64,000 bases of DNA from Felis catus (lineage: Eukaryota). The stretch is taken from NCBI RefSeq assembly GCF_018350175.1, contig NC_058382.1, positions 58,282,001 through 58,346,000 on the forward strand, read 5' to 3'. The position numbers were made by a program, and so were the translations under genes. The notes beneath the pieces are model-generated. The model was given only the letters and a program-made list of their open reading frames with translations, was not told the DNA's origin and searched no databases. Shown here in pieces: positions 47,409 through 59,312 of this stretch. Numbering within the stretch: the first letter of the stretch is position 1; every line of letters begins with the position of its first letter.

Positions 47409-49501
47409 GTGGGGCCCCCAGGAGGGAAGGGGGGGTCCGCACGCTGGCGCTCGCCCGCGGCCTGCCGTTCGCCCGGCTTCCCGGGTGCTTCCGCTCGTCC
47501 CTGCTCTGACCCCGTGAGGAGGTTGAGTCTCCGAGCGGGGAAAGGAGGCGCTCGGAGGGGCCTGTCCCCGAGAAACGGCACCGGCCGGAGCCAGGGCCTT
47601 CCCGCAGAGCCCAGCTGTGTCCCTACAGGGATGGTCGTGACACTTGGGCGGGGGGGGGGGGGGGGGGGGGCTGAGAGATTTAATTGACAATTATACCCAT
47701 TCTTTCCATCTTTCTCTGCTTTCAAGCACAAACGTTTTTTTAATGAGAATAACGGGGACTGCGTTTAATTTTTATTTCAATAAGAAATCAAGTTTGTTGC
47801 TGTTGTAATAGCCATTTGCCAGCCCCGGATTCCCCGGGAGGCCGTCCCTGGGTCCCCCAGCTGGGGACAAGTCTTGCCTTGTGAGCTGGGCCCCTTCTTA
47901 CCCTCACAGCTGCACCCTGAGCCCCCCCACCTGTCGGTCTGGCTGTCGCCTAGTGTCTCCTGTCCCATCCTCCGTCCCCCTCATCGGCCAGAGTTGGGGG
48001 AGAGGCCCAGGCCACGTCTCAGGGACACGGGATACTAGACGCCCGTTCTCTCAGTTATGCACAAAGGAGGATGGGTGGGGAGGTCTGTGGAATGTTTTCC
48101 GGCTCTCGGCGTCTGGGATGCTGTCTGGGTCGGAGGCTCTTGGAACGTCCACGTGCTCCTTCCCTCTTTCGCTCGGCTGGGCTGGTGTGACTGGGGGTAC
48201 GTGGTAGCAGGGCCCTCCGCCCCGGCTGAGTGTCCCCGCAGCCGGCAGCCTGCAGCGAGGGTCCCCTCTGCTTCTCTGAGGCCCCACAGAGGCCAGGTCT
48301 CTGAGCCCTCTCACACCCCGGGGCCTGGAGAGCAGCCAGCGCCCCTCGACACCTCCTGATCAAACCTGGGTGTTCTGGCTCCCACGGGCGTCTTCCTCTG
48401 CCCGAGGCCACAGGATCCCAGCCGCGCTGCCGCCGTGAGCCTCCCTCCGCCTCAGGATCTAGCAGGCCTCCTGGCCTCCGTGGTCCCAGCTTGCTCGGCC
48501 TTACAGAGGCGTGAACTTGACATCTGACGGGCCCTTGTGTTCTGAGTTAGAAAACCATTCAGTGTTTGGCTCTGGGGCATGAAATATTATCCCACTGACG
48601 GGTTTTCCTTGGCTTGTTTACTTAAGGACACACGGCTTCTAGATACAGTTCCCTCTTGTCCTCTGCTGATCCCAGGTGCCGTGGCCTTGGGGTTTTCTCC
48701 CAGCCTGTGTTTGGGAGTCACGTGGTGGCTGTGGTGAAATGTCCCCCCTCCTTGGCCAGAGCCCCAGGGCCCTGCTAGGACAGTGGCAGAGCGTCTAGCG
48801 GGTGGAAGGTCCCTTCCAGGTCCCACCCCGCCTGAACGTCAGGGGCGCGATGCCCCGGCCGGTGCCTGGGCTCCCTGAAGCCCCGGTGGGTGTGGCTTCT
48901 GCTCTGGGGCCCCGTGGGGTTGCCGCCCTTGCTGCTGGGGAGCCCTGGGGTTGAGCGACAGCACAGACCGGTACTAGCTGTGAGGGTCTCCCCCAAAGCC
49001 GGCCTCCCCCACCCCACTGGGCTGGGCAGGCACCTGCGGGAGGAGAGTGGCACGTCTGGGGGTGGGTACAGCTAATAAGACCACGCCCGTGGCGTGGTGT
49101 GGCGTGGGAACCTTGTTGTCCTCTCCGTGATGGGTCTGCCCGTGGAAAACAAAGAAGGGGGCCTCTCCTCACAGAGTTTCGGGAAGCGGTGGAACAGAAT
49201 AAGCTAGGTCACGGGTGGGACACGGGAGAGGAAGCAGGTCTGGCCTGAGAGCGTCTGTCTGCAGTCAGCAAGCAGTGTCTAACTTGGAGCCTCTGCGTCC
49301 TCTCAGAAGCAGGTCCGCCCGAACCTGCCTTAGCTGTGTGGAGGGCAAGTGGAACCCACAGGCGGTAGCCTGCCCGGTGGCTTGGAAGGGGCTCTCGGGG
49401 GAGTTCCCGTCCGGGCCACCCTGAGCCGCCTCTCGCCCCCGGGTGGGCAGCCTGGAGGTGACCGCTGCCACGACTCACGGCCTGCTCCGCTCGCCCCCCA
49501 G

Positions 49502-50115
49502 GCCGGGACCGAACCGTCAGGAGCCGGGCAGCCGAGACCCCCCGCAGCACTTTGGCGGGCCCCCGCCCCTCATCTCGCCCAAGCCCCAGCACCACTCCGT
49601 GCCCACGGGCCTCTGGAACCCCGTGTCCCTGATGGACAGCACCCTGGAGACGCGGCGGGCCCCCGAGAGCCACCCCCTGCACAGCCACCCCGCCCCGTTC
49701 GAGCCCGGCCGCCAGGCGGCCGTCCCCCTGGTGAAGGTGGAGCGGGTCTACTGCGCGGAGAAGGCCGAGGAGGGGCCCCGGAAGCGAGAGGCCGCCCCCC
49801 TGGACAAGTACCAGCCGCCCCCACGGGAGGCGGGAAGCCTGGAGCACCAGGCCTTCGCCCACGGGCCCGCGCCCTTCCTGGCTGAGCTCGAGAAGTCCAC
49901 GCAGACCCTCCTGGGCCAGCAGCGGGCCCCGCTCTCCCAGCCGGCGCCCTTCGGGGAGCTCCCCGGGCCCCTGAAGCCGGGCTCGCCCTACCGGCCCGCG
50001 GCCCCCCGGGGCCCCGACCCCGCCTACATCTACGACGAGTTCCTGCAGCAGCGCCGGAAGCTGGTCAGCAAGCTGGACCTGGAGGAGCGCAGGCGGCGAG
50101 AAGCCCAGGAGAAAG
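49502..50115 (+). CDS. GSE1: GSE1 exon 9
   Basis: cccccag|GCCG ... AAAG|gtgggg; PGPNRQ...YIYDEFLQQRRKLVSKLDLEERRRREAQEK. Confidence 0.95.
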
Positions 50116-51199
50116 GTGGGGTGTCCCTGGGGGCCCTGACCTCCCGGGACCGGGGGCGCCCGCCACCCCGCACCCCCGTTCCCGCTTCCCGCTGCTCGCG
50201 AGACAGACCGGGGGCCCTGCCGGCGCTGTTCTGGCGCAGACTGTCCCGAAAAAGCCAAATGGGAGACGGTTCCACAGACACGCGTTTCATAAGTGAGGAA
50301 CCGAGGCTGACGAGACGGTTTTAAATATTAATCGTCCGGCATAACAGGGGAGGAGGCTGTCGGCAGAGCAGGCCTGGGCCCGGCGGGGGCTCCTCACGGG
50401 GGTGGGGGTGGGGCAGGAGGTCTGGCCCCTCCTCCTCCCACAGGGGTCGGGGTTCAGCCAGCGGGCCCGGGGTGAGAGCGGCTGTCGTCCCCCCCCCCCC
50501 CCCGCACCTGCACACCCTGTCAGCCCAGGAGGCGTCGGGGGCTGCTCCAGAACAATGTCTTTTCTCTTGCTGGAAACCACCGGTCCTGTTGAAGTCAGCC
50601 TCTTAGCCAGAAGCTGGGGCCAAGGCCAAGTTTTCCCGGCTTGTTGGGCTAGGCTAGGCTCAGGGCCCAAGAAGTATTTCCCTCCGCCACTTGCCTTGTG
50701 AGGGAGGACGAGGGGGTGCCCCGGGGTGCAGGGGTGCTGCTCTCCACGTGTGTGTGCCCTGAGCCTTCGGTGGGGACTTGAGCGTGCCTGTCCCCTCCTG
50801 AGTAGTGGACCCAGATGGCAGGAGGGACTGGATGTGCACGAGTGGCCTTGGGTTGCCGAGCACACAGCCCCAGGCCTGTGTGACGAATGTCCCTGCAGAG
50901 GGGGGATCCGCTCAGGCCGCCTCAGCCTGGTCACCTGGGATCCGAGGGAAGCCTGACGCCTGCCTCCTGCGTTTCCCACTGCCCCCCTCCCTCCCCCCCG
51001 CCTCGAAGTCCTAGGACTAGGGGTTAATGCACGTTTACAGCTGGGGTAAAAGGAGTCTGGGTCATGGGGTGCGCAGAGGGGCCGGCAGGGCTTGGGCTGA
51101 GGGGGTGCATCTGCACACACGTCCCAGAGACGCCCCGCCTGTGCGTCCGCCCGAGCCGAGGCTCCCGGCCTGGCTGAACGGGGCCGTTCTCGCTGCCAG

Positions 51200-51312
51200 G
51201 GTACTACTACGACCTGGACGACTCGTACGACGAGAGCGATGAGGACGAGGTCAGGGCCCACCTCCGCTGCGTGGCCGAGCAGCCGCCGCTCAAGCTGGAC
51301 ACGTCCTCCGAG
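51200..51312 (+). CDS. GSE1: GSE1 exon 10
   Basis: ctgccag|GGTAC ... GAG|gtatct; [37 protein letters not shown]. Confidence 0.95.
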
Positions 51313-51592
51313 GTATCTGGGATCCCCTCCCCGCCGGGCCAGGGGCTGGGCTGCGGGCGCCCCCATCAGTGCCTGCTCCTTGGCCTTGCTCCCACCGTCC
51401 CGGTCAGCCCCACACCTACGGGACCCCTGCACTCCGACTGCCACCCCCCCCCCCCCCCGCCCCACCCTGGCGAGCCGTCGGCCCCGAGTTCGCCCGCGCG
51501 TGGGCTTCAAGGACTCCAGGAGGGCCCCTGGGACGGTGGAAGCAGGCCACGGCCGGGGCTTTCAGACTCCTTTGTTTTCTTTCCCGATCTAG

Positions 51593-51863
51593 AAGCTAGA
51601 GTTTTTGCAACTTTTTGGCTTGACCACCCAACAGCAGAAGGAGGAATTGTTGACCCAGAAGCGGAGGAAGCGGCGGCGGATGCTGAGAGAGAGAAGCCCG
51701 TCGCCCCCGACGGTTCAGAACAAGCGGCAGACGCCTTCGCCGAGACTCGCACTGTCCACGCGCTACAGCCCCGACGACATGAACAACAGCCCCAACTTCG
51801 AGGAGAAGAAGAAGTTCCTGACGATCTTCAACCTGACTCACGTCAGTGCCGAGAAGAGGAAAG
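51593..51863 (+). CDS. GSE1: GSE1 exon 11 (contains basic cluster KRRKRRR)
   Basis: cgatctag|AAG ... AAAG|gtagga; [18 protein letters not shown]...HVSAEKRK. Confidence 0.95.
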
Positions 51864-53365
51864 GTAGGACCGGGCGCGGGGCTCGCGGGCGGCCACGAGA
51901 CTGCGGAGAGGCAGGGGCCGTGGGCCCCCGGGGGATGTCCCGCACCTCGCTCTTGGTGGAATCTGAGAACACGGGGGCCCGGGGCTCTCTCGGTTCCCTC
52001 CGGCGCCAGGGAGGCAGCCGCTCGGCTCTCACGCGCCTGCCCCGGGGTCTGTCCCGCATCTAACTTCTCTCCATCCCAGACGCAGATTGCCCTGGTCAAA
52101 GCGCGTTTGCTCTTGTCGTGTCCCGGGTGGAACGGAAGGCTTGGGGGGGGGGGGGGTTCTGTATGCAAAAGTCGCTGCGAGCTGGACTTGCAGTCAAGCC
52201 ACTCTTGTCACTCGTCAGACCTCCTGGCACCTGGGACGGCAGGCGGGGCAACCCCCCAGCCCCAGGTGCAGGGGGAGGTGCGCCTGCCTGCGCAGGGGGC
52301 GTTTCTGCTTGGCGGGTGCCCACGGGAGGCTTCTTGTTCCGGCCACAGTGGGCTCGGGACCAGCACACGCTGCCTTCGGACAGTCTGCCCTGGAAGACGC
52401 TTCCAGATCCTTCCGGCCACCCATCCGTGTGGGGGCCGACTCTTTGGGCCAGAACGTAGTGCAGAAGAGGGGTGGGGTCTGAACACCTTCTGGTATCCCT
52501 TTCCTCGGTCTGCCCCACACGCTCGCTTACTTAGCTCCAGGATGTGGGTTCAGCTGAGAACCCGGCCTGTCTGGGGAGCTCGTGTGCACGCTTCCAAGCC
52601 CTCCTCGCTGACCCCAGGTGGTCACTTCTCTCTGGAAAGAAGTCGGAAGGAAAGCGGACCTGCTTCCCGGTGCATGTAGTTGGCGTGCGGCGATTTCCTT
52701 TTCGTTCTTAACCAGTAAACTGGGGGGGTCTTGCTTTCTCTTCAAGAGACAGTGACATGGTGGGCACCAGGACCGGTCCCTGGGAACAGCCACAGTTCTG
52801 TTTGTAAAAGAGCATCTTTTTGCCTGACCTGAGTCCTAGAGGGAGCCACCGGTGATGCAGCCACTTCGTCAGGGACAAATGCCCCTGCAGCAAGAGCTCG
52901 CAGTGGCAGACATCACAGGCTCTGGTTCCGTCTCAGTAGATGGCAAGCGTCCTGGGCCGCGGAGGACGCGCCCGAAGCAGCCTGTACTTCCGGGGTGCTG
53001 GGCGGATCTTCGGGGTGGTTCTTCTGTGTTGGGAATTTTTTTTTTTTTTTTTTTTTTTTGTCTTTGAAGTAAGAACACATCCTCGGAAGTCCTCTCAGAA
53101 GGTCATAGGAACCCGTTACTTTGCTGTTACACACACAGCGATCTTTGGAATGCATCTCTAATGCTCTGCAGAAGCTGAGCGGAATCTGGGCTCACCCTCA
53201 ACCGAAGGTTTCTTTCCTTAAACACAGCCTGTCCCTCGGTGCTTGCTTTGCTCCTGGTTTAGAGAACCCGCGGCTGCCGGGCACGGCCTGGGCTGGACGC
53301 CTGCTCCCCTCTCCCCTCGGAGGAGCTACGACCGTGGTGTTAATCTCGGGCTGCTTTTCTCATAG

Positions 53366-53479
53366 ACAAAGAGAAACTTGTTGAAATGCTCCATGCCATG
53401 AAGCAGAAGGCACTGTCCGTGGTGGTGGCGGACCCGCTCAGGAACTCTCCGAGGGACAGTCCTGCTATCTCCCTGAGCG
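53366..53479 (+). CDS. GSE1: GSE1 exon 12
   Basis: ttctcatag|ACAAA ... AGCG|gtaagg; KEKLVEMLHAMKQKALS...PAISLS. Confidence 0.94.
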
Positions 53480-54345
53480 GTAAGGCCCGGGGCGGGAAGG
53501 ACAGCCCCTTCCGCCCCCGCCTGGGACTGTCCCACGGGCTGCCCGAGGTCAGAGGCGGCCGCTCAGGGTCTCTTCTTCATCACGAATCTTTTCCTCCTGG
53601 AAAGGGTGTCTCTCGGTCTCTCTCGCTCCCTCCCCCTCGCTCGCTCTCTCTCGCACAAGCTTCCTGCGCCATCGGGAAGGCTGTTCTCTGGACGGAGCAG
53701 GAGAGCGCGAAGTCAGAGCTGGGAGCCCCGGGGGCGGGTCCCGGCTTCCGCAGGGCTGTGTGGCGGGGCTGTGTGCGGCGGTTCGGGGCAGGCCACGGCC
53801 GTCACCGCCAGGGCCTCGGGAGCCCCAGGCCCCGTGTTTCAGCACCTGCTGCTTCGGCCCTGCTGCGGCCCTGCGGGCCCTGCGTTCGCGCTGCTCTTGA
53901 GCTTGTGTCTCGCTTGTTCTGCCCTCAGGCCTCTCCGACACCTGCTTTCACACCTCCTCCTCTCCCTCTCCCTCTCTCTCTCTCTCTCATGCTACGCTGC
54001 CGAGTGGAGCAGGAAATGTTTTTGGTCCGGCCCTGCTCTCAAATCCTAACGTGGTCTTTCTTGTCGGGTTGGGCCTCGTGACTTCTGCCTCTTGGTAGCC
54101 CCTTGCTTCTTCCTTCAGATGCTCTCTCTTCCCAGATGCCTTCCTGGGGCGCCTCTCAAGGACCGACTTGCCGCTGAACGCAGCCCCACCTTCCAACCGC
54201 GCGCGCTCACGAGGACGTTTCATTACACGGTCCCCCGGGTCTCTGTCCTTTGTGCTAGGTCTTTCTTAAACGTGAGCTCTGGAGGTCAGGGTCGGCCTGT
54301 TGGCTTGGCGCTCTTAACATCTCCCTCGCTTTCTGTCTCTAAAAG

Positions 54346-54699
54346 AACCAGCCACGCAGCCAACCTCTCTGGATGCGGAGAAGCCTGTGGGTGTCGCTGC
54401 TTCCCTGGCTGACGTCCCAAAGGCCACGGAGCCTGGGAGACTGGAGCAGCTGCGGCCCCAGGAGCCCGCTCCTGCCGGCGGCGAGAAGGCCAGGCTGAGC
54501 GAGGCCCCCGGGGGCAAGAAGGGCGTGAGCATGCTCCATTACATCCGGGGCCCCGCGCCCAAGGACATTCCCGTGCCGCTGTCCCACAGCATCAACGGGA
54601 AGAGCAAGCCGTGGGAGCCCTTCGTGGCGGAGGAGTTTGCACATCAGTTCCACGAGTCTGTGCTGCAGTCCACCCAGAAGGCCCTGCAGAAGCACAAAG
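54346..54699 (+). CDS. GSE1: GSE1 exon 13
   Basis: tctctaaaag|AACCA ... AAAG|gtaagg; PATQPTSLDAEK...EEFAHQFHESVLQSTQKALQKHK. Confidence 0.93.
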
Positions 54700-55589
54700 G
54701 TAAGGAGGCGGCCCGGCCCGGCCCTGCTCCCGCGTCACTGCGGCAGCTGGGGCTCGCCCCTTAAGCTCGGCGCGCACGGGGCCCCTGGGGCGGGGCCGAG
54801 AATTCTCCGGTGCCGGCGGGAGCCCGGGTGATGCTGGTGCCCCCGGTCTACCGACCGCCCTCCAGGAAAAGTTAGCAAGTGACGCCGTCTGAGTTGAGGT
54901 AGAGGCACTTCCTTTCAGTTAGGCCAGGTGAGGGGCCTCCCCCGCACGGATAGGATCCGGTCCTTCTGTAGCTCGGTGACTTTGCGCCGTTGCCACACAG
55001 ACTCGCCTGGGAATCTCCCCGCCCTTTGATGACTAGACCCAGCAGGTGTTTGCTCCAGCGACCCCAGAGAGCGTTTTGTAACACCGGAGCCCCCACGTTC
55101 ACTGCCCTCAGACGATTTGGTGGGAGAACAGGGGTCCCGACAGCTGGTTCTCACGGAGTCAGAGGTTGAAACTGATTAGGAAAGAATCCCCGGGGATTAA
55201 AGGACTACGGACTTTAAGAGAAACTTGCGTGTACCCCAACAGCCAGAAAAAATAACTGGGTTATGAGGCCCAAGCGTGTCTGTCCCTGCCAGCCCTGGGA
55301 GCTGGATAGAGGACGTGTCTGTGGGCTCAGGTCGGGTGCCGGGTCGGCGCCAGCCGAGTTAACCGCTGGCATCGGCGATGCCAGGATACCCAAAGGCGAA
55401 GGATGGCCGTTTTCGCAGTGAGAATTGGGAGTGCTTCGGTGGATGCGTGTCGTGAATTTGCTGCGAAGAATTCTCCTTTGCAAGGAGAGCGTGTTTGGAC
55501 GAGCTGGCTCGGGGAAAGGCCCCGTGCCCTTCCCAGACACACCTCACAGAGGCTTTCCTGGGGCCCTAGGACCCACGTTTCCTCAGGAG

Positions 55590-55757
55590 TTTGTTTTTTA
55601 AGTTTGTTTATTTTGAGAGCAGAGCAGGGCACGTGCTTTGAGCGGGTGAGGGGCAGAGAGAGAGTCCTGAGCAGCGCAGAGCCCAGTGTGAGGCCCGGTC
55701 TCACAGACGGCCAGCCGAAGTCCAGTCACTTACCCGACCGAGCCACCCGGGTGCCCC
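55590..55757 (-). mobile_element. Diverged Can-SINE
   Basis: tttttaagtttgtttattttgagag...gaggggcagagagagag...gagccacccgggtgcccc. Confidence 0.8.
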
Positions 55758-56147
55758 ATTTGCTCGGACAAGTCCACCGAGCGCATCCCAGAGGCCCGCA
55801 GAGGCTGCTGTCTACACTGGAGGCGGTGTGCCCGCGTTAGAACACGCCCCGCCGGGCCGTGGTTCGAGGCAGCGCACGCCTCCTGTAAACGGGTCCCGAT
55901 AGCAGCTGACGCTGGATGTGACTGGGGGGGGACTGCGGGACCCCGGGGCGGGCTGCACACCTACGTCAGGCCCCCTTTCCTGGCACAGGACACTGACACT
56001 CGGGGCTTGGCGTGGCAGAGCTCACGCCCTCGTTGGGACTCAGTGCAGGGCTGTCGCGGTCTCTGTGGCTCTGCGACCTGGCCGTGGAGCGCCGTCTTTG
56101 ATCTCTGAAGGACGGGGGCCTGTGACCGGTCCGTTCTCCCCCCGCAG

Positions 56148-56423
56148 GGAACGTGGCCGTGCTGTCCGCGGAGCAGAACCACAAAATGGACACGTCCATC
56201 CACTACAACATTCCCGAGCTGCAGTCGTCCAGCCGGCTCCCTGGGCCCCCGCACAACGGGCAGCAGGAGGCCCCCGCCGGGAGGAAGGGCCCCCTCACGC
56301 AGGAAGTGGACCAGGCCTCGGAGGATGACGACGAAGACGGGGAGGAGGACGACGACGAGCCCCCCAGGCGCAAGTGGCAAGGGATTGAGGCCATTTTTGA
56401 AGCTTACCAGGAACACCTAGAAG
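56148..56423 (+). CDS. GSE1: GSE1 exon 14
   Basis: cccgcag|GGAAC ... GAAG|gtatgg; NVAVLSAEQNHK...KWQGIEAIFEAYQEHLE. Confidence 0.95.
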
Positions 56424-56949
56424 GTATGGGAGTGGGCGCAGGGCCGCGGGGAGGTGACAGCATGCTTACTGGACCGCCCCGTCCCTGTCGGACCTCACTG
56501 CTAGCCCTGGGGACGGTTTGTGCGTGGCGACGCTGGCGCTCGGGGACCGTCCTCAGCCACTCTGCCTGTTTCAAGAACTGTTGTCAGGCTTCTGCAGGCG
56601 CCCCAGCTTCCAGACATGAGGCCCCTGTCACTGGACAAGTTTAAGTACCGCTCGTCCCCGCCCAGCGTGACGGCCCACACGTGGGCCGTGCTTTCTGTGC
56701 CGTCTGCCGCCATACTTAGAAATGTCCCATCGGCCCTGACTGTGGCCGCACACGCGGGGCCTGAAAACAGAATGTGTGTTAACTCAGCCGAGTGCCTCGA
56801 GGCTGCTGGCGGGTCCCCCGCAGGCTCGTCGCCCTCGTGGGGCACGGGGGCACGGGGCTTGGGCGCTCTCCTGGCGTACCGCCTCCTTTCCCTGCCCCTC
56901 GGTTTCCTCAAGAGGACTCCCATGACCTCCAAGGCTGCAGTGCTGCGGC

Positions 56950-57950
56950 TCCCTGTGCTCCCCCTCCTGGCTGGATCGGAGTTGGGGAGCACCGGTCACG
57001 GCTGGGAGAGTGGTGCGGTATCCAGAGCCAGTGTAGGGCGTTTTTTATTGTGACGGAGCAAAGCGTGTCCAGCCTCTCGGGGTTGGTTTTTCGGTGCCTC
57101 GTTTGGGAATCCCTCTCTGCCCCAAGGACGTGATGATTCTGTCCATTTCTTTACATTCAGGTTTCGCATTTCTTACGCCTGGAATTCATTTAACTTCACC
57201 GTTCCCTGGCGGGTTTCGGCATCCTCCTGGCCGCTCCCCGTGGGCCCCCTGCTCTCGGCTGTCCGCAGGCACTCACCTCGCGGACAGCCCCCCCGTTCTT
57301 GGCCCTTGGGCTTCTCCCAGGGATTTCAAGATCGCCGCCTCGTTTGCGCCACCCAGAAAATCCCTATGCAAATTTTCAGTTGTGTTGAATTTACAGATTT
57401 GGGGAGAATGGATCTTTTTGATGATGATGCTATTCCGTGAATCTGGCATTCAATTGCATTAAGTAACTTTTGCTGGTTTTTTGCCGTGAGCGGGGGCCTT
57501 TTTTATTAGACTTACTTAGGTACCAGGTGCGTTTTTCAGTTTTTGTTGTCCCTTATTCCTCAGGTAGTCCTAGCTGGTCAGACCTTCTGTGATAGTTTAG
57601 TTCTCTCCTTGAGCTCTGGGCTCTTGAACAGAGAGTGGCAGTGACAGAGAGCTGCTTCTCTGGTTTATGAACCTTGGGGACAAAATAGAGGTCCTCATTC
57701 CTGCCGAGTTGGCCGCAGAGGGCTTGTCAGAGTTCGTGTTTCCGGTGGAGAGTTCAGCTTCCGTGTTTTCCGATGTTGCTCGTTCAGGGCTGCGTTCGTT
57801 AGCGCTTTTAACAACTTCAGCCTGTGTGCTGAGGGGGCAGGAGGCGGCTTTTAGTGCCCCTCCTTGCGCTGTCCCTTCTGTAGGCTGTCCGCTGGCTCTC
57901 CCGGGTCTCCATTCTCAAAACGCTTCATAGAAGAGCAGGGACTTGTCCTT
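56950..57950 (-). mobile_element. Probable ancient L1M remnant in intron 14
   Basis: T-rich degenerate sequence such as gttgaatttacagatttggggagaatggatctttttgatgatg; family not assignable by eye. Confidence 0.4.
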
Positions 57951-58328
57951 GACCCTTGCAAGTTTGAAGCCACTCCTGTGAAAAGCAGGCCCAGTATCTT
58001 GTGGGAAGGCAGAGATTTTACTCATTAGAATTCTATTTTCGGTTTCTAAGTTTACTCTGGCCTTGTAGCAGCTTATTACAAGCTCTCAGACCTCTCGCTG
58101 TACCCTTCCTTTTGAAAAACGTTTTGCAACCACCACTTTCCCCTTAAGGAGTTCCTAGCAGCCTTAGTAGCCTTTTGGCCACCGGGCTGGGTTTCCCTGT
58201 GCCCATCAGAGGGCGGGGAGCAGCGCGGCCCCGAGGAGAGCACCACAAGAAGGGCGACCCCAGCCAGGCCCGTGGCCCCTACACACACACACACACACAC
58301 AGCAGCTCAACGCGGCTTGTCTTTTCAG

Positions 58329-58432
58329 AGCAAAATCTGGAGCGGCAGGTGTTGCAGACGCAGTGCAGGCGGCTGGAGGCACAGCATTATAGCCTCAGCC
58401 TCACAGCCGAGCAGCTCTCTCACAGCATGGCG
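58329..58432 (+). CDS. GSE1: GSE1 exon 15 (C-terminal coiled coil)
   Basis: cttttcag|AGCAA ... GCG|gtgagt; [34 protein letters not shown]. Confidence 0.95.
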
Positions 58433-59177
58433 GTGAGTGCCACCGGGGAAGAGGGGCCGGGGTGGGGGGGTGCGCAGGTTCCTAAGACACAGCCAGCTTC
58501 GTTGAACCTAAGCTTGCGTCTGTCCCCCCTACAGACAAGTTTTGAGGGGTGGGAATACTGCTCCTAGGAGGCTAACAGGTGTAGTCTTGGGCGGGGAGTT
58601 CAGGAGCCCGAGGGTTCCCCAAGATTGAGCTAAGGAGGCAGGTACTGTTCACGTACAGGGTATTGGTTCTGGAAGGGAGAAGAGGCTATTTGCATATCCC
58701 TTTGGGGGAGGTGTTACCCGTATGTCTCCCCCTACGGTGATTGGCTGAGGGGGATGGAAGACGATATTACAGGGGGAGCAAAGCTCTCGCACCCCAGCCC
58801 CCCCTTCCTCCTGCAGCCGATGACGTGACCGACTCCCCGGCATCCTCCCGGCAGGTGGGGAACATGGGGTGCAGCTCTTGGCCGGTCCTGAGCAGCCACA
58901 GTTGTGTAGTATCAGCTGATTTTTAAAATCTCAGGGTTGGTGTTGAGCCAGCAACAGACCCTGGTTTTATGAGACGGACCGGATACTGGGAGAACCCAAG
59001 GCTTCGGTCACGGTTTGAACTGGTTCTTCCAGAGACCACCGCCCGAATCCTGAGCTGGGAAGGGGAAGTTTCCAGGCTAGAGGTTGGCCTTTCCCCCCTG
59101 CCCCGGTGCATTCATGCATCACACACACTTCCTTACCGTGAGATGAGTGTTTTACCTGAATCAATCTCTCTCTCCAG

Positions 59178-59312
59178 GAGTTGAGGAGCCAGAAACAGAA
59201 GATTGTTTCCGAGAGGGAGCGACTCCAGGCAGAACTGGATCACTTAAGGAAGTGCCTTGTGTTGCCTGCAATGCACTGGCCTAGAGGTTACTTTAAGGGA
59301 TATCCTAGGTGA
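59178..59312 (+). CDS. GSE1: GSE1 exon 16 coding part to stop
   Basis: tctccag|GAGTTG ... [53 protein letters not shown]. Confidence 0.95.
   Translation, partial: ELRSQKQKIVSERERLQAELDHLRKCLVLPAMHWPRGYFKGYPR

Noticed and set aside
53409..53429. RE1/REST-like match in exon 12 (GGCACTGTCCGTGGTGGTGGC) and a weaker one in exon 14 (~56158-56178)
   Set aside because: Mismatches fall in the invariant GGTGCTGA half, and the words are explained by codons
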